A DNA stretch of 64,000 bases, from positions 1 to 64,000 of the forward strand of contig JAZGFI010000206.1 in the NCBI GenBank assembly GCA_036479435.1, written 5' to 3'. This DNA comes from Planctomycetota bacterium. GTDB taxonomy: Bacteria > Planctomycetota > GCA-002687715 > DRQF01. Position numbers and translations under genes: made by a program. The first letter of the stretch is position 1; each line of letters begins with the position of its first letter. The notes under the pieces are model-generated. The model was not told where the DNA came from and ran no database searches. It saw only the letters and a list, made by a program, of their open reading frames with translations. Below are positions 1 to 10,546 of this stretch, one piece after another.

Positions 1-212
1 TCTTTGAGGTTGACCACGAACAAGTTCGAGTCGCCCCCATTTTTCGTGAGGTCGTAACGACGGACCGAATAAAGAAGCGAGGTCCCATCGGGCGCAAGCT
101 GGCCACCGCCAATCCGAGCGAGCTTCCACAAAAGTTCCGGGCTCATGCGTTCTTGAGCTGCGGCCGAGCCGAGACTCAAAGTTGCAATCAAAATAATCAG
201 CGCAAATCGCAT
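1..212 (-). CDS. S9 family peptidase (dipeptidyl-peptidase V-like), N-terminal part; gene continues beyond window start
   Basis: Manual translation MRFALIILIATLSLGSAAAQERMSPELLWKLARIGGGQLAPDGTSLLYSV: signal peptide plus the 'M(T/S)PELLW...PDG' start typical of S9 beta-propeller peptidases; alternative in-frame ATG at 227. Confidence 0.65.
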   Translation of the reverse strand, partial: MRFALIILIATLSLGSAAAQERMSPELLWKLARIGGGQLAPDGTSLLYSVRRYDLTKNGGDSNLFVVNLK

Positions 213-466
213 GGCGTAAATTCCCATTTTTTCCACTCCAAGTGCGGGTCGTTTCCGCAGCAGGTGCACGGTGCAAGAAGGCCGCACGCTTGGCAAGGTC
301 AAGCAGTCTGCTAAAATCCGCCACCAGCCGCGCCAAGCCCTGATTCTTGCGCTATATCCCCTTTCATCATCGCGGAAAATTCCGCGTGAGGAGCCCTGAT
401 ACCTTGTGCGAAATCGAGAGTCCGCCGGGGCGCCAACGACTTCCAGCGCTCTTGTCGTTACTCAGC

Positions 467-3400
467 ATGAAATCTGTCGCGCCGTCCCTGCTTGCCGCCG
501 CGGCCTTGTTGGCCTGGGATACCCGTCTTTCGCCGGACCTGCTTCGCCCCGTCCTTGACCTCCGGCCCTGGGGCGCTCCCTGGTTATTGCTCCGCCACAC
601 CGCCGTCCTCACGATTCCGATTTGGCTGCTGCACCTGTGGTGGCGCGGCTCGCGCCGACTTTTGGCGGCACATGGCGAAAACCGAAAGCGAGGTCGAACG
701 GCGATCAACCTGGTGACCATCGGAGTACCGGCCCTTGCCCTGTTTCAGCCTCTGGTCAAGGGATTTTTGTTGCGGCCCCGGTTTGAGGCTTTTGACTTTC
801 ACCCGCTGGCATCTTGGGCCTTTGCTTTTTCGGCGGGACTAGCTCTCGCTTTCAGCGCCTTGCCCATCCTAAGGCTCACGCGTCGACTCACTTGGCCGGT
901 CCGCCTGGTGACCAGCCTTTCCGCCGCTGCCGTCTGCGCGGGAGTCATCACGACCGATCACAACTGGCTGCCCAACCTCTACGCCAACGTTCACTTTTTC
1001 TTCGTCGTAAGCGCCTTGGTCGCGGGCCTCATTGCCCTGGCGACTTTGGCCCCGCGCGGGCCAAGCAGTTGGACGAGCCGCATTGCTTGTTGCCTGATCC
1101 TGGCCACTGGCATCCACGGTTTTTTCGACCTTCGGCCCGCCCTGAAGCAACAAGCGCGTGAAGAGCGCATCTTGTTGCTGCAAGAGCTCTTGTCGACGAG
1201 CCGCCTTACGCCCTGGCTCTACGGACGGCCGCCCGCCGCTCGCGCGCCCGTCGCTGCGTCGGATCTGTCGCCGATGCGGCGAGAATGGCAAGCCCTCCGC
1301 AGCCGCGCTCGCCAAATCTTGAAACCAGGACGTCGCCCCGACGTCATCCTCGTCACCGTCGATGCCATCCGCGCCGACCATGTCGGCTTCCTCGGGTACG
1401 AGCGCGACACGACGCCGTTCTTGGACGAACTCGCAACCAAAAGCGCAGTTTTCAGCAACGCCCGATCCGCGGCCACCGGTAGTTATTTCTCGATCGGATC
1501 GATGCTCTCCTGCGTCACGCCAGAGAGCATTGTGGCGGCGCGTGGAAACCGATTGGTGACCCTGGCTGAACGTCTCGGCGACGCCGGTTGGTTGACGCGG
1601 GTGATCTTTAATCCCGTCATCTTCGGGTTGCGGCCGACGAAGTGGCCGGTGCCGGATCGCAAGATGGGCTTCGCCTACGCCGACGACAAAGGCAACCTCG
1701 CCGCCTCCGCCGTCGACCGCATGCTCGATTGGTTTCGGGAGGCCAATGATCGAGATCGTCAGAATCATCAAGACGGGCGGCCGCAGTTTTACTTCGCGCA
1801 CTTAATGGACCCGCACTACCCCTACGATTCGCGACCGGGAGCCGACTTCGGCGACCAGAGCTTGGATCGCTATGACTCAGAGATCCACGCCGCAGATGCG
1901 CAGTTACGGCGGCTGTTTGAGTCCTGGCATCGCCTGCGCCCAAACCGCGAGTTGATCTTCATCCTGAGTTCCGACCATGGTGAGTCCTTCGGCGAGAAGT
2001 CGATCTATTTTCACGCCGGCCCGCCCATTGAGTCGCAGTGTCGCGTGCCCTTGTTGATCTATGACTCGACGGTTCAAAGTCCGCAACGCTTTGATGCCTC
2101 CGTCTCGAATGCTTCGCTGGCACCGACGATCCTGGATTTGTTGCACTTGCCTCCCCTCCCCGCACCGGAGTACCCCAGCCTTTCACCGCTGCTGACTAAG
2201 ATCAGCGACGGAGCCCGATGGTCCACGGTAGTCGAGACACCGTTCTTGGCGCAATTTCCTCACCAGACTGCACGACGCGCCTTGGTGCAGGACAAGGTGA
2301 AAATCTACCGCGACCTCGGCTTCGACTTCGCGCAGATTTTTGATCTCTCCGTCGATCCCAATGAAGACCAGGATATCACGCGCAAAAAGCCCGACCTTGC
2401 GAGCGCGATGATCACTTTGGAGGAGACTTGGTACCAAGACATCGCCACTCTTAGGGCCCAACGTTTCGATCGCGACCCATCCAACCGTGACCAGCTCAAG
2501 CTCAGCGGTTTCGCGGATTCACTGCGCGCCCGCAATCGCCGGGCGATTGGCCAGGTGCGAGAGTTCTTAACGTCAACTGACCAGAAATTGAGGAATCAAG
2601 CCGCCGACCTGTTGGTTGAAGCGGCCCTTGAGCGTGGCGATGCTGGCGCAAGCCAATTGCAGTTCGGCGCGGCACCTGGCGACCTGCGCAATCAGAAACT
2701 CAGCCGCGCTTTGGCCTCAATCTTGGGACCATCAAAATCCGCCGCGACGGCGGACTCCGGCAAACCACCTTCGCTCGCCTTTAAATGGCTGCTTGAATCC
2801 GACGACGACAGTGCGTTTCATCTCGCCGCAAAAATCTTGGCGCGGCACCCAGCGATCGAGATTGAAGACGCCGTCTTGGCGCAGGCTTCCAAAAAGACGT
2901 CGGACAGAGACTCGCGGTTCGAACTCGATCTCGCTCGTGGTCATCGGGGCCAGACCGCCGTCCTTCCCCGGCTGAAGGCCGTGTTTCAAGGAAGTGCCAA
3001 TCCCATCGCCAAGCGACTGCGAGCCATGAACTGCTTGGCCAGATTCGACGATGATCTCGTCTGGGAGCGACTTGAAACGATCGCAGAACATCTCGGCGCC
3101 GACGCCATTCAAGAGCTCTTCAAATCTGCCGTTCAAAACGAAACGCCGCGACGTCAAAACTGGTTTCGTAGGCAGCTCGCGAGACCAGATTCGAAGACTC
3201 TCGTTCTCGCCGGCTTGGCTCTCCGCGATTGGGACCAAGCTTTTCGCCGCAGTATCGCCCGGCGGGTCGCATTGCTGGAGCCGCGACCTGACCTAAGAAC
3301 AACCGCGCTGCAGTTGCTGACACAAGAAAAGGGAGCCGACGTCGAACGTTGGCTCCTGCAAGGCTTGCAGTCATTTGGCGACGGCAGTGACCTGGTCTTT

Positions 3401-4195
3401 CGAATCTACTTGGAACGCTTGAGAAAGCTCGGCGAAAGGCCGAGTCCCGGAGCTTGGATCGGGGACGAGCTGATCGCGGCGGGCGAAAAACACCTCTTGC
3501 CGCCGACGTTTGCACTACCGGCAACTTGGGAGGCCGGGGTCGAACGGCGAATCTTGATCGCGATGAATCCAAGTGTTCATGGGGCGCAGGATAAAGGGCC
3601 TCTCATTCGGCTGCACGACGCCGCGGGCCAGTCCTTCACCCTCGGGCGACCGGCTTTGCGCGGCGGTGTCTTGGTTTGCCGCATCGCGGCGACAGATAAG
3701 ATTGTCCCGCCCATTCAGATCGAACGGGTCGCGGAGTCGGCCGCTTTGGACCACACAAAATGGACCCTGCGAGGACTGGCCGTCCTTCGTCAAAACCACC
3801 CCATCGAAAATTTCCCACCCGAAATTGGCGCCGCAGACATCCCCTTGATGAGATTGCATTTGCCTTTGGGTCTGGGCTCAACTCCCTCGGGTGATGGCTT
3901 CCGATCGATGGGGCCGGAATTTGTGTGGCGGGTAGCGCCTGACCTCGGGGCCCAGCCGAAGTCCCTGGTTCTCAAAGTTCGCAGCCGGGGCAACGCCGCC
4001 CTCCGAGTTCAGATCGGAAAGATTGACCTCGGCTGGCAAACGATCCGCTCTGGGGTCGGCGTCCTCCGCTGGGATCTCCCCGATGAAGCCGTCCGGAGTG
4101 AGCCGATCCTGAGCATCCGGTTTTTTCCCCGAAACCGGCCCAAAAGGGAAGCACTCCCCGTGAGCGTTGACCTGCTGAAAATGTCGTTACAGTAA
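467..4195 (+). CDS. Membrane-anchored sulfatase-like hydrolase/transferase with C-terminal HEAT-like repeats
   Basis: Several N-terminal TM segments; alkaline-phosphatase/sulfatase motifs PDVILVTVDAIRADH, HLMDPHYPY, SSDHGE, FDLSVDPNE; helical repeat C-terminus. ATG 467 preferred over TTG 347. Confidence 0.75.
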   Translation: MKSVAPSLLAAAALLAWDTRLSPDLLRPVLDLRPWGAPWLLLRHTAVLTIPIWLLHLWWRGSRRLLAAHGENRKRGRTAINLVTIGVPALALFQPLVKGFLLRPRFEAFDFHPLASWAFAFSAGLALAFSALPILRLTRRLTWPVRLVTSLSAAAVCAGVITTDHNWLPNLYANVHFFFVVSALVAGLIALATLAPRGPSSWTSRIACCLILATGIHGFFDLRPALKQQAREERILLLQELLSTSRLTPWLYGRPPAARAPVAASDLSPMRREWQALRSRARQILKPGRRPDVILVTVDAIRADHVGFLGYERDTTPFLDELATKSAVFSNARSAATGSYFSIGSMLSCVTPESIVAARGNRLVTLAERLGDAGWLTRVIFNPVIFGLRPTKWPVPDRKMGFAYADDKGNLAASAVDRMLDWFREANDRDRQNHQDGRPQFYFAHLMDPHYPYDSRPGADFGDQSLDRYDSEIHAADAQLRRLFESWHRLRPNRELIFILSSDHGESFGEKSIYFHAGPPIESQCRVPLLIYDSTVQSPQRFDASVSNASLAPTILDLLHLPPLPAPEYPSLSPLLTKISDGARWSTVVETPFLAQFPHQTARRALVQDKVKIYRDLGFDFAQIFDLSVDPNEDQDITRKKPDLASAMITLEETWYQDIATLRAQRFDRDPSNRDQLKLSGFADSLRARNRRAIGQVREFLTSTDQKLRNQAADLLVEAALERGDAGASQLQFGAAPGDLRNQKLSRALASILGPSKSAATADSGKPPSLAFKWLLESDDDSAFHLAAKILARHPAIEIEDAVLAQASKKTSDRDSRFELDLARGHRGQTAVLPRLKAVFQGSANPIAKRLRAMNCLARFDDDLVWERLETIAEHLGADAIQELFKSAVQNETPRRQNWFRRQLARPDSKTLVLAGLALRDWDQAFRRSIARRVALLEPRPDLRTTALQLLTQEKGADVERWLLQGLQSFGDGSDLVFRIYLERLRKLGERPSPGAWIGDELIAAGEKHLLPPTFALPATWEAGVERRILIAMNPSVHGAQDKGPLIRLHDAAGQSFTLGRPALRGGVLVCRIAATDKIVPPIQIERVAESAALDHTKWTLRGLAVLRQNHPIENFPPEIGAADIPLMRLHLPLGLGSTPSGDGFRSMGPEFVWRVAPDLGAQPKSLVLKVRSRGNAALRVQIGKIDLGWQTIRSGVGVLRWDLPDEAVRSEPILSIRFFPRNRPKREALPVSVDLLKMSLQ

Positions 4196-4599
4196 CTATT
4201 TAAAAGACTTATGATCACGGAGCGCATCAAGGCATGACGCATTGCCGCACCCAACTTAATTAACGTAACGTTCGACCCTGCAAGGTGTCCTGGTAGGGTG
4301 TTCACTCCTCGACATTGCGGGGGCGGCGTATCCAGTCGTCCTCGGGCTGGCCTTTGCCCTCGATCAGAGGCTCGCACTTGCTGTTTAAATCTGAAATGAG
4401 CGTCTACCCGAAACGGATAGCCCCTCACAACACAAACCGGTCGGCGGGTCGCCATCACTACCCTGTCGCGAAGATTGATCTCGAGAGACGGTGCCAAACC
4501 GCCCAGAGAACGAGGCTTTGCTAGGGGCAGGGGCACCCTCCGTCCAAGTGTCTAATCCGGGCGCGTGTGCGCCATCTCACTTAAGGGAATGCTGAAAAC

Positions 4600-6438
4600 A
4601 TGAAACACAGTCTTCTAACTGCCACGCTGCTGATGGCCATTAGCGCCACCGGTCTGTTAGCTCAGGCCAACCCCGATGTCATTGTCGGGGACCTGCCAAA
4701 CTTTGCCAACTATTCGGCTCAGGGCGGCATCGACGCCTTTTCGGTTGCCACCACCTCCTGCAACGTTGGTAACGCCAACTTAAGCTGGATTGCGAACACG
4801 CCGGCCCACCCGGTCATCTCCCAACACGCCTTCCGTCTCAGCAACGGTCGCTTTGAAATGATCGGCCAATCTTGGTTGAAGCACGGCTTCACCGCGCTCA
4901 CGAACAGCCTCTGCGACCCCTGTAGCGGCATGGGTGGCTCGGTCCTCGGCGTCGGTTGCTCCGACCCCTACGGTGCCGGCCTCAACGGCTCGCAAGGAGG
5001 CCTCGGCCCGAAGTTCGAAGTCAACGCTTTCACCGGCGTCTTCAGCTACCCCTTCTCGAACCCCAATGGCAGCACCGGCAACAGCATCTTCAAGCGCCTC
5101 CAGATCGCCACGAGCGATCTCGGCGTTCCGGGTGCTCGCTACTTCATCGAAAGCATGTACGTCGCTGCCGATGATGCCGCCGCTGGCAATCACTACAACA
5201 ACGCCTCCCACCGCGAATGCTCCTTCACCGGTGGACCTTCGAACTACAATGGTTCGTTCTTGGGAACGCCGACCGTCCGCGAGCAACCGGGGATCATGGC
5301 TTGGGCCAACATTGACAGTGACGTTCAATTGGACAGCTTTGACGCTCCCAACGACGGACGTTTTTGGGTTGGCTTTTTACACACAGACAATGGCGACGGC
5401 ACTCACACTTGGGAATTCGCCGTTCACAACCTGAACTCCGATCGCTCGGGTCGCGGTTTCCGCGTCGACCTGCCGGCTGGCGCCACCGCGTCTAACCTTG
5501 GCTTCCACGATGTCGCCTACCACAGTGGTGAACCCTTCGCGGGCACCGACTGGACTTCGAGTATTTCCGGCGGCCAAACGGTCTGGACCACTCAGACTTT
5601 CGCCCAAAACTCAGACGCCAATGCCCTCCGCTGGGGCACCCTCTACAACTTCCGCTTCACCTGTGACATGGCCCCGGATTCTACGACGGGCGTCATTGCG
5701 GAGATCGAACTCTTCAAGCCGGGCACCGGAGGCAACTTCGTTCCCGTTAACCTCCTGCCGCCCGCGCAGTTCAACGTTGTTTCCGGTAGCAACCAGACCG
5801 TCGGGATTGGCGAAGCCTTCCCGCAGGATCTCGAAGTGCAGTTGCTAACTGCCACCGGCCTGCCCTTGGTTGGCGTTCCGGTGACCTTCCTCAAGGTTGG
5901 CGGTTCTGGCAACGTGACATTCCCGAGTGGAAACACCGCCAACACAGACTCACTGGGCTTCGCCAGTGTGGCCATCGTTGCCTCCGCCACCGCCGCTGGT
6001 GCCCTGGCTATCGAAGCGAGTGCGGGCGACGATGCGGAGATCTTTGATCTCTACATTCGCCGACTCTCATCCAATTGGATTCCGGGCGCGGGAATCCTCA
6101 TCTTTTCGATGCTTCACGGTGACGCGGGCGTTCCGTTGAGCCTTGCGATCAATGATGGGTCCTTTCAGACCCTTCAAACCTCGTTTGGCCCGCTCTACAC
6201 CTCAATTTTGAACCCAGATGCCTCGTTCTACGCCGAATCGGGTGATCTCGGTGCAGGCTACGCCGCCTACAACCCGGCCCTGGTCACGTCCTCCACCGGA
6301 GCCGCCACGGTTGTTTATCAGGGCCTCCAAAGCCTCGCCGGTTCGGGAATCAACCTGAATCACCAGGCCTACGCCCTGACCTTCAACAATGGTCAACTGG
6401 ACGTGTGGTTGTCTAACCTCGTTAACCGCACCTACTAA
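4600..6438 (+). CDS. Secreted protein, paralogue 1 (lysyl-oxidase-like core + Big_1-like Ig domain + C-terminal domain)
   Basis: Signal peptide ending LLAQ; ~380-aa core shared with 6664, 17932 and 20678 genes; VSGSNQ...GVPVTF Ig-like module. Confidence 0.85.
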   Translation: MKHSLLTATLLMAISATGLLAQANPDVIVGDLPNFANYSAQGGIDAFSVATTSCNVGNANLSWIANTPAHPVISQHAFRLSNGRFEMIGQSWLKHGFTALTNSLCDPCSGMGGSVLGVGCSDPYGAGLNGSQGGLGPKFEVNAFTGVFSYPFSNPNGSTGNSIFKRLQIATSDLGVPGARYFIESMYVAADDAAAGNHYNNASHRECSFTGGPSNYNGSFLGTPTVREQPGIMAWANIDSDVQLDSFDAPNDGRFWVGFLHTDNGDGTHTWEFAVHNLNSDRSGRGFRVDLPAGATASNLGFHDVAYHSGEPFAGTDWTSSISGGQTVWTTQTFAQNSDANALRWGTLYNFRFTCDMAPDSTTGVIAEIELFKPGTGGNFVPVNLLPPAQFNVVSGSNQTVGIGEAFPQDLEVQLLTATGLPLVGVPVTFLKVGGSGNVTFPSGNTANTDSLGFASVAIVASATAAGALAIEASAGDDAEIFDLYIRRLSSNWIPGAGILIFSMLHGDAGVPLSLAINDGSFQTLQTSFGPLYTSILNPDASFYAESGDLGAGYAAYNPALVTSSTGAATVVYQGLQSLAGSGINLNHQAYALTFNNGQLDVWLSNLVNRTY

Positions 6439-6497
6439 GCGCCCCCGCCCCGCCCAAGTCACGGCTTTGGCTATGGCGCCGCTTAATGTTTGAACTG

Positions 6498-6533
6498 AGC
6501 GCGATTGCCCTCGAGGCAGTCGCGCTTTTTTTT
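6498..6533 (+). terminator. Intrinsic terminator
   Basis: Stem agcgcgattgcc/ggcagtcgcgct followed by T-tract. Confidence 0.8.
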
Positions 6534-6663
6534 GAGGTCCAAGCTCAGGATCGCATTCTCTACCTGAACGGTATTTTACCTTAGACCCCGCAGCCCGTAG
6601 GATAGGGGCTGTTTGTCGCCCAACGCCGAAATGGCCCTCTGAAGTTTGAGAGAACGAAGCACA

Positions 6664-8471
6664 ATGCGAAAACTAGTCCTGTCTGTTGCCTGTATCTTGA
6701 CCCTCCTGGCCAGCAGCGTCCTCGCCCAGGACCCCGATGTCATCGTCGGCAGCATTCCAAATATTTCAAACTACACCGCCAACGGCGGGGTCGATGCGCT
6801 GTCCATTGGAACGACTTCCTGCAACATCGGAACATCCAACCTCGACTGGATCGCCAACACCAACGATCACCCCGTCATTGCGCAACACGCCTACCGTTTG
6901 CTTAACGGTCGCTTTGAAATGATCGGTCAATCCTGGTTGAAGCACGGCTTCACCGCGCTCACCGGTAACCTATGCGACACCTGTAGCGGCATCGGCGGCT
7001 CGGTTCTCGGCGTCGGTTGCTCAGACCCCTACGGTTCTGGCCTGAACGGTTCCCAGGGTGGCCTCGGCCCGAAATTCGAAGTGAACGCTTCGACCGGCGT
7101 TTTCTCTTATCCCTTCAGTAATCCGAACGGCAGCACCGGCAACTCGGTTTTCAAACGCCTTCAGATTCCGCTTTCAGAACTTGGGGCCCCCGGTGCCCAG
7201 TACTTCGTGGAAGCCCACTACGTCACGAAAGATGACGCCGCTGCCGGCAACCAAAACAACAACGCGTCTTACCGCGCGATGACTATCTCCGGTGGCCCCA
7301 GTAACTACAGCTTCGGCCTCACTGGCTCGACGGTCCAAGAGCAGCCCGCCATCTTTGCCTGGGAAGCGGCCGATCCCTCGGTCACGATCACGACCGTGGA
7401 TGTCCCCAGCGACGGCCGTTTCCACGTGGCCTACAAGTCAACTGACAACGGCAATGGCACCCACGACGTCGAGTTCGCGGTTCACAACCTCAACTCGCAT
7501 CGCAGCGGTCAGGCCTTCACCGTCGACGTTCCCGCCGGCGCTACCATCACCAACATCGGCTTCCACGATGTGAGCTACCACAGTGGCGAGCCCTTCGCGA
7601 ACACGGATTGGAGCTCAAGTGCCTCGGGTAACCAAGTCAACTGGTCAACCGAGACCTTCAACACCAACTCCGACGCGAACGCTTTGCGTTGGGGAACGAC
7701 CTACAATTTCCGCTTCACGACCGATATGCAATTGGACGCGAACGGCTCGGTCCTGACGACTATCGACCTGTTCCGCTCCGGCTCACCGACTTCGGTTGCC
7801 GCCTCGTTCGACCCCAACACACGATGGCCATCGTCTCGGGTAACAACCAGGGCGCTAGCGCTGGCGACATGTTTGCCAACCCTTTGGTCGTGAGCGTCAC
7901 GACACCTGGTGGTGCGCCCCTCGCCGGCATTCCGGTCAGCTTCGTCAGTCAGGGCTCGGCGGTCGTCGTGACCGGATCGAACCCAGCCATCTCCGACGCC
8001 AACGGCTTGGCTTCAACGACCGTCACCGCGGGAAGCTCCGGCGCTGCGACGACCGTGGTCGCCTCGACGAGCAACAGCTCGGTGAGCTTCAACCTCTCTG
8101 TAACATCGTTCACGGCCGACTACACTTCGGCCTTCGACCTGCTCGTGCTGCAGGCCGTCACGGGTATCTCGAACCTCCGCATGATCCTCGCGATCGACGA
8201 CCCGGCGACGACGCCGGCCCTCACCCAATACGGGACCTTTTTTACCAGCATCCTGAACCCAGGTCCGAGCTTGTTCTTCACAAGTGCTTACGACGATTTG
8301 CCGAACTACGATCCGAGCATCGTCACCAACCAGTCCGGCATCCTGACGAAGTTCTACTTCGGCGCCGGCGTCCTCAACGGAACGGCGGTCTTCCAGGGCT
8401 ACGCGGTCTACGTTGATGGCGGAGGTCAGCTCCAGGTTCTCGTGACCAACCCGGCTTACGAAACCTTCTAA
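6664..8471 (+). pseudogene. Secreted protein, paralogue 2, split by a single-base frameshift near 7815-7825 (real or assembly error)
   Basis: ORF 6664-7893 matches the core of 4600-6438; after ...SFDPNT the homology continues in the -1 frame (TMAIVSGNNQG... to stop at 8471), co-linear with the C-terminal half of paralogue 1. Confidence 0.8.
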
Positions 8472-8493
8472 GCGAGGTTTTACAGCTAAGTCC

Positions 8494-8530
8494 AAAGCCC
8501 CTGCCGCAAGCACGGCGGGGGCTTTTTTTT
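8494..8530 (+). terminator. Intrinsic terminator
   Basis: Stem aaagcccctgccg/cggcgggggcttt followed by T-tract. Confidence 0.8.
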
Positions 8531-8612
8531 GCCTGGTCAAAACAGATGGCAAGGGCTGGGATTGATAGAATTTCGACTGAGAATCAGGTCACTTGAAGAG
8601 AAAGAACAGCTC

Positions 8613-9377
8613 ATGCTCTCTGCGTCATCAATCCTGCAGCAGATCCATCGCAACGACGAGGCTTTTTCCTTCTTTGTCAGTGTCGCCGAAAAGGGCGAGT
8701 CACAAGGCGGATGGGAAAACGAACGCATCGCGGCTTTAACCAAAGATGACAACCTACGGCCCAAGATCTTGCGACACGGCGAAGATGAATTGCGGCACGG
8801 CAGACTTTTCGCCTCGCTATTGAAGCGCCGTAATCTGTCGATGACGCCGGTGCCGGCGAACGCCGACTACTGCATGCTGTTGGAGGTGCGCGGCATCGGA
8901 CTATCCCACGCACGCCTCGGCGAGAATAGACCTCTTAGCGACGACGAAATCCTGGTCTATCTCGCGCACAGTCGCGTGACGGAGCAACGCGCCTCCGAAG
9001 AAGTGGACTTGATGGTGAGCGTCTTCGACAAGGACCCTGAGATTGGCCCCGCCCTGCGCATGATCGCCAAGGACGAAGTCAACCACCTCGCCTACTGCCA
9101 CGAAGAATTGTTAAGGCTACGCGCCCCGCGATTGAGCGCCTTGCTAGAAAAGTACGCCAAGGCCGAGCTCGAAGTCTATCGCGACGTCAGTCTCGACTTT
9201 ATTCGTCGCATGGGAGAAATCCTCGCATGGAGTGGCCTGAAGCGAGGTCTCATGAAGTCTGGAGTCATGGCTAAGTACCGTTACGAAAAATGGTACGGCT
9301 GGCGCCGCATGGTGAGTCTAAAAACGCCCGCCATCGCCAACGCCATGGCGCCCCAATCCGAGGCATCAACCTCATGA
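8613..9377 (+). CDS. Ferritin-like (diiron four-helix) domain protein
   Basis: Two ExxH motifs (DELRH, DEVNH) with upstream Glu residues; ATG 8613 preferred. Confidence 0.7.
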   Translation: MLSASSILQQIHRNDEAFSFFVSVAEKGESQGGWENERIAALTKDDNLRPKILRHGEDELRHGRLFASLLKRRNLSMTPVPANADYCMLLEVRGIGLSHARLGENRPLSDDEILVYLAHSRVTEQRASEEVDLMVSVFDKDPEIGPALRMIAKDEVNHLAYCHEELLRLRAPRLSALLEKYAKAELEVYRDVSLDFIRRMGEILAWSGLKRGLMKSGVMAKYRYEKWYGWRRMVSLKTPAIANAMAPQSEASTS

Positions 9378-9401
9378 GACAAGGGGAGGCGATCTGCCGC
9401 T

Positions 9402-9599
9402 TTGGTTTTTTCCGTCGCCGCCGTAGTGAGTGGCCATGACAACGTTTGCGCCTTGACTCATGGCGAGCAGTTCCCCGCCAAGATCATCGACCTCGACGCC
9501 AAATCCGACCTCGCAGCCTTGCAACTTAACCTCGACCAAAGGCCAGAAGACGCGCTCACCTTTTTTGATCGTATCTTCCGCCGGCTCTCTTTTCGCTGA
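9402..9599 (+). pseudogene. Trypsin-like protease gene fragment
   Basis: PAKIIDLDAKSDLAALQL resembles the catalytic-Asp strand of HtrA/trypsin-like proteases; no His/Ser regions or credible start. Confidence 0.35.
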
Positions 9600-9655
9600 A
9601 AGGCAAAACCGTGTTCTTTAGTAAACTCGCCAAACCGCGCCCACATCAGCCCTTG

Positions 9656-10546
9656 ATGCTGACCCGTCTCGCCTTCATCACCACCTTGTTCGTCGCCTCG
9701 ATTCCGCATGTCCTAGCCCAAGCGCCGCCGTCAAAAACCGAAGCGGAGCAGTTGCAGTCCATCCTCAATACCCGCGCCGCGAGTATCGTCACCGTGCGCG
9801 TCATCTTCGAGATAGAGGCGCGAGGAACCAAGCGGGAGTTTCGCCGTGACCTCTTGGGAACTATCGTCGATGCCTCGGGCCTCATCATGGTTGCCAATCA
9901 CGACATCAATCCCGAGTTCCCCGCTGATCCCAGAATGGGCCCCATCAAGATCACGCCAGTTAGTCTCAAAATCGTGCTCGGCAAGGAAACGAAAGAGCAC
10001 GAGTCTTTCATCGCCGCTAAAGACACGAAGTACGGCCTCGCTTTTGTGCAAATGAAAGAGCCCGGCGACGCCAAGCTGAGCCCCATCAAGTTTGACGCAA
10101 AGCGCGAACTCGTCATGGGCCAAGAAATCGTCAGTGTCGGACGGATGGGTCGCGGCTACGACTACGCGCCCTACTGCACTTTGGCTCGGATTAGTGGCTC
10201 GATCAAGAAACCACGCAAGGCCATGATCAGCGCGGGCGAGATCTTAGCCGCGTTGCCCTGCTTCACGATGGATGGCCGCGTTGCCGGGGTTCACGTACCG
10301 ATCAAGTCGGGCGACGAATCCGGAGGCCTTGGCGGACCCGTACGGACTCCGCTCTTTTTGATCGAACCAAAAATCGTCGGCGGCGAGATCAAACAGTCGT
10401 TGAAGCAAGCCGCGACGATGCTCGAAGATCAAAAGAAAGAGGCCGCAGAAGAGCAAAAGAACAAGTTCGCTCCCAAAGTCGATCCTGAGAAGAAGGCCGC
10501 CAAAAAGGTCAAAGAGAAAGTCGAAGGAACGGAGGGCGGACGTTGA
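9656..10546 (+). CDS. Secreted trypsin-like fold protein, probably catalytically inactive
   Basis: Signal peptide (VLAQ); GTIVDASGLIMVANH, DTKYGLAFV; PCFTMDGRVAGV present but the GxSGG motif is replaced. Confidence 0.6.
   Translation: MLTRLAFITTLFVASIPHVLAQAPPSKTEAEQLQSILNTRAASIVTVRVIFEIEARGTKREFRRDLLGTIVDASGLIMVANHDINPEFPADPRMGPIKITPVSLKIVLGKETKEHESFIAAKDTKYGLAFVQMKEPGDAKLSPIKFDAKRELVMGQEIVSVGRMGRGYDYAPYCTLARISGSIKKPRKAMISAGEILAALPCFTMDGRVAGVHVPIKSGDESGGLGGPVRTPLFLIEPKIVGGEIKQSLKQAATMLEDQKKEAAEEQKNKFAPKVDPEKKAAKKVKEKVEGTEGGR

Noticed and set aside
4196..4599. Riboswitch in the 400-bp leader of paralogue 1
   Set aside because: No riboswitch consensus recognisable by eye; needs an Infernal scan
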